Source: an uncultured Bacteroidales bacterium (GTDB lineage Bacteria; Bacteroidota; Bacteroidia; Bacteroidales; GCA-2748055). From it: a stretch of 64,000 nucleotides of DNA. Positions 60,528-64,000 of this stretch are shown here, piece after piece. A model generated the notes under the pieces. That model was given only the letters and a program-made list of their open reading frames with translations, was not told where the DNA came from and did not search any database. Position 1 is the first letter of the stretch. Each line of letters starts with the position of its first letter. The translations under genes were made by a program, and so were the position numbers. The stretch covers positions 206,706 through 270,705 of the forward strand of contig CAVXSF010000008.1 in assembly GCA_963764345.1 (NCBI GenBank), in the 5' to 3' direction.

Positions 60528-60990
60528 GAGAAACTCCCGGTCCGGTCCCGAACTTCAGCAACGTTTACCTGAAAAATACAATAAAGGCAAACATCTGCCT
60601 TAGATATTTCTAAACTATGATGTCCGGTAAAACTGAAAAGCGTTTTAATGATCTTTCCACACCTTCATTTCAGGTGTTCAGCTTCCGGAAAAAGTTTCAC
60701 CATTACAGGCACATTAGCCAGCCAAATTGTAATGGAAGGCCACCTGAACATTAGGATTCATCCCCGGACATCCATCAAATGGTTATGGGAGAGTGCGGGC
60801 ATACAGGATTTAAAGACCTTGTATCTGGGACTGCAGTTACACAACTTATTCGTAAAAAGGCGTTGTACTATTGATCCGGAAACGTTGCCTTATGGAGAAA
60901 ATACAATGAGGTGGCATGAGAGCCTGACATGAGGGACAAATCGTTTTTGTTGTTTTATTTCTAACCCTCTTTAAAATATCATTGCTAATC

Positions 60991-61494
60991 TTACCTTGTT
61001 GCAATGAACCAACCGTTGACTTTTACAAATTCCCCTGTATTAGCATCTTTCATCGAAACGTCATTCAGTTCTCCATGAATAAGATCCTGATTCAGCTCGA
61101 TAACAAAAAATTCCTGTTCCGGTTCTATATAATAAAGTCTTGCATTAAACTCCCCTGCAGTACCTACTCTCACATCCGTCTTTGACAAAGATGCAGAAGC
61201 TATAATACAGAATTTATTGACTGCAAGATTTGAATCAACTGTCATGATTAGTGACCCAAGTGGTTCATTGTTGTCATCTGTCCCAAGGTAAATTGTATGA
61301 CCGTACGGGTCCCATCTTGAGTCGATGTTTTCACCAATTAATTCAAGTTCATAATTGTCCTCGCCCGTAATTTTCAGATTATACCCATCTTTTTGAGCTG
61401 TATCCTTGCCGGACTTGTCTTTCTGACATGATATAAACATAACAGACATTATCATGACAGACAATAATGTAAGATAACGTAAATATGATTTCAT
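60991..61494 (-). CDS. Hypothetical lipoprotein
   Basis: 167-aa ORF from the ATG at 61494 with a lipobox (VMFISC), in an AT-rich context. No family recognised. Confidence 0.5.
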   Translation of the reverse strand: MKSYLRYLTLLSVMIMSVMFISCQKDKSGKDTAQKDGYNLKITGEDNYELELIGENIDSRWDPYGHTIYLGTDDNNEPLGSLIMTVDSNLAVNKFCIIASASLSKTDVRVGTAGEFNARLYYIEPEQEFFVIELNQDLIHGELNDVSMKDANTGEFVKVNGWFIATR

Positions 61495-62125
61495 TTCATA
61501 AAATATTTGGTATACACACAATTTACGAATAAAATCGTGGGACAGGAAACTAAAACCTGGTCCAGTGCATTAATTATAAGGTCATTAGAAGTGTCGTTTA
61601 CGCTTAAGGGAGGTTTGCAGGCCCATCTCAGTGAAAATAAAAAAATTACTTCTAAATAAAGATTTGAGGTAAACAGGCTTGGTACAAAGGATGTGTGTTG
61701 CTCTGAAAATTGAAGTAAGCACCTCATTCCAGAGACTGTGGTATCGAAATTCACCGGGAATTCCTGTATAGGATTTTTGAACCGGGATCAGGCGGAAATT
61801 ACAATCATAGTGAGTGTTTGGTTCCAGTCTGAACTTAGCTTTATTCTATGGAACATGACAGTATGCTCTGATAGGGGAAGGATGTGCAGTTAAGCCGGTA
61901 TATGCATCCAGGAAAAAATACGCCACTTCCGGATTTAAATTTGGGTTTGTAGAGGTTACAATTACAGAGCTGTATAATTAAAAATCACTGGTGTCCGGTA
62001 AAATCGAAAACCGATAATTTACTTCATATAATTGCCTGATAATCTGAAGTATATAATTAAATATCAAAATCAAGGCCCCTTTTTTCAAAGATTATGGAAT
62101 TTCATAATGTCAGATGTCAGTAAAG

Positions 62126-62174
62126 AAATATTGAATATCGAATATTGAATATCGAATATTGAATATCGAATGTC
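62126..62174. repeat. (AATATYG)x7 tandem array
   Basis: aatattg aatatcg aatattg aatatcg aatattg aatatcg aatgtcg. Confidence 0.9.
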
Positions 62175-62289
62175 GAAGTTGTAAGACCTCGCTTCATAAC
62201 TCCATAAATTTTCCAAAGAGAGTTATGAGGTTATGAAGATGTTAATTCGGGGGCACTCTTCCTAACCCCTAACTACTAACGAAACCTTA

Positions 62290-62521
62290 CTTGCACACCC
62301 TTCGGGGTGCCGGGGAACCTTTCCTGTCAAATATTCTATCGCTCTCTGACCCTGATGGGGCCTTTTTGGACTATCCGTTGATTGATAATTAGCCATTTCG
62401 TGACAACGATCAGCATTTTGATCACAAAATTTCGCAATCACGATGAACAAAGCCTCCCATAGGAGGCAGCGAGCGATAGAACGATGCACGACATCAAACA
62501 CGGCGCCCCGTAGGGTGTGCA
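62290..62521. other. Candidate structured region: nested long-range stems (22 bp outer, 15 bp inner) with internal hairpins; strand unknown
   Basis: TTGCACACCCTTCGGGGTGCCG (62290-62311) pairs with CGGCGCCCCGTAGGGTGTGCAA (62500-62521). TTCTATCGCTCTCTG (62333-62347) pairs with CAGCGAGCGATAGAA (62466-62480). A GCCTCC-CATA-GGAGGC hairpin lies at 62451-62466. Confidence 0.3.
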
Positions 62522-62724
62522 ACACCTATTCGGTTTACCGGACACCAATGATTAAAATAGTATATTTTTTGGATATTAGTATGACAAATACCAAAGGATC
62601 TTACACTTATCCCTGATTACCGGTTACAGAATCTGTAAGACCTTTTTCCGGGAAATTTTTCACACACTCCCCGGATTAAAATTAACCAAAGTCTATAAGA
62701 TGAAATATCAAAAGCAGCCTGTAT

Positions 62725-63810
62725 TTATTGACCCTGAACCATTATTTTTACGGCTATACCCGGCTTAATTTCTTCACTGCCGCGGGTTAGCAATGTATCA
62801 CCTTCTTGCATGTCCCCGAATATTTCGACGCTGTCCTTCATTGATATCCCCTCCTTTACATCTACCCACTCAACTGTGCCAAGGTTTGCCCTTACAATGA
62901 ATTGTCTCTCAAGAGAGGTCACTACCGAACTAAAAGGAACACCAAAGGAGCTGCCTTCCCGCATGAGTATGATGTGGGCCATGGCGTACATCCCCGGCTT
63001 GAGTTCATTGTTCCCGTTGTCATACTCATATTCCCATAATTCGGTGCGGGTATCGGGATCAATGCTTTCGGATTTTCTAGCGGGATTGGCATAGAATGTT
63101 TTATTTGCCACTGCATCCGTAGTGAAGGCTAATACTTTCTCTTCCGGATGGCTTTGAACGTAGGCTTCCGGGACATGAATCCGCAACCGCAGGATATCCG
63201 GTCTTTCCAATACGAAGAGTATACTGTGATCTTTTGATCCCACGAGGTCGCCAACATCGATGAACCGTTTGGTGATAATGCAGTTAAAGGGAGCCTGGAT
63301 GGTAAGATAAGCCTGCAAATGCCGGTAAGAAAGGGTTTTTGACCTTGCTGAAACGAAACGACGCGGAACTGTCTGCGGAGACCAGGTTCCCGGCAGTGAT
63401 CAAATCACTTTCTGCGATAACCCCCTGCTCCCGGGATGCCTTGCTCAACCGGTTGAACTTATCAAGGCTTGCTTCATAATGAGCCTTTGCTTCGTCATAC
63501 TCTGCTTTAGCTTTGCACTCCGGGCCACAATCTCCGGGGCATCCAGCACCGCGAGGATCTGGCCCTTCCTGACTTTATCACCAATATCAACCAAATATTT
63601 CTGAACGTAACCCTCTACCTTTGCATTGATCTCTGCCCGTTCAAAAGGCAATAATTCTGCAGGCAGATCCAATGTTTTGCTGACCTTTTTCTTCGTAAGG
63701 ACAAAGGCATCTTTAGCATCTTCCGCTTTGTGGTTTTTTGTCCTTTCAGGTGCGCAGGACAGAAGAATGAACGCAAAGAAAACCGAAAGAAGCAGTGCTG
63801 TCTTTTGCAT
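62725..63810 (-). pseudogene. RND/efflux periplasmic adaptor (membrane fusion protein), two frame breaks (about 63520 and about 63355)
   Basis: Lipoprotein N-terminus (ILLSCAP) and lipoyl-like VGDKVRKGQILAVLDAPE. The middle coiled coil is readable only in a second frame (AKAEYDEAKAHYEASLDKFNRL). The C-terminal half is in a third frame (LTIQAPFNCIITKRFIDVGDLVG...). Confidence 0.75.
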
Positions 63811-63824
63811 GATGGTTTATGGTT

Positions 63825-64000
63825 TTACTGTTTTTCAAAATATTTACTATCCGGATCATCGGGATTGAGAGAAACACTTGTGAAGGCTTTGCTTCCGACC
63901 AGGGTTCTGTATATGAGGGGTAAAAAGAGCAAAGTGCTGATCAGGGAAAAAACTAAGCCTCCGATGACGGCAATTCCCAGGGGTGCAACCTGAGCTATTC
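63825..64000 (-). CDS. RND-family efflux permease (AcrB/CzcA-like), C-terminal end only
   Basis: The minus-strand frame reads ..IAQVAPLGIAVIGGLVFSLISTLLFLPLIYRTLV..*, the typical last TM helix of RND pumps. The frame is open to the window edge. Confidence 0.7.
   Translation of the reverse strand, partial: IAQVAPLGIAVIGGLVFSLISTLLFLPLIYRTLVGSKAFTSVSLNPDDPDSKYFEKQ

Larger units (their letters stand above)
61982..62552. repeat. About 570-bp non-coding element bounded by 20-nt terminal inverted repeats (AATCAYTGGTGTCCGGTAAA), MITE-like
   Basis: The left TIR is at 61982-62001 and the right TIR (reverse complement) at 62533-62552, with 1 mismatch. A third, solo copy of the motif lies at 60613-60638. 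Confidence 0.45.

Noticed and set aside
60648-60932. A 94-aa ORF downstream of the dienelactone hydrolase gene
   Set aside because: It has no recognisable features and starts inside the solo copy of the TIR-like motif. The evidence is too weak to call it a gene.
62290-62521. A retron msr/msd, group II intron or IS200/605-type guide RNA
   Set aside because: No reverse transcriptase, intron-encoded protein, TnpA or TnpB ORF lies within several kb. Flanking inverted repeats alone are not diagnostic.

Overview
The window looks like a chromosomal segment from a Bacteroidota-type genome. The evidence is a T9SS type-B cargo gene next to a PorP/SprF gene, TAnnTTTG -7 boxes, and SecDF fusion, MacB/TolC and OmpA/SPOR architectures. 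Most of it is housekeeping: der, era, a pseudouridine synthase, glmM, mdh, secDF, tatA, mutS, asnB, folE, tRNA-Gly and tRNA-Leu. Between these sit envelope and efflux genes and a few regulators: a beta-propeller sensor fused to PP2C, a LytTR protein, an ECF sigma and a MerR/B12 regulator. I found no defence island, prophage, CRISPR array, integrase or transposase. Five things are unusual. (1) A family of 7-8-nt tandem-repeat stacks occupies several intergenic regions, twice as mirror-image arms around non-coding cores, and one locus adds a 138-bp tandem repeat with a conserved hairpin core. (2) A 570-bp non-coding element bounded by terminal inverted repeats carries a nested-stem region of about 230 nt. 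(3) One gene fuses a membrane di-iron desaturase/hydroxylase, a Rieske domain and an NqrF-like reductase, and it lies between a decayed fragment and an intact copy of a dienelactone hydrolase gene. (4) GGGG-N-AATTCA direct repeats with a 20-nt period lie upstream of the LytTR gene. (5) At least eight reading-frame breaks fall in otherwise conserved genes, including era and secDF. These most likely reflect indel errors in the sequence, so any pseudogene call here is uncertain. All product calls rest on motifs read by eye from the supplied translations; no database search was run.
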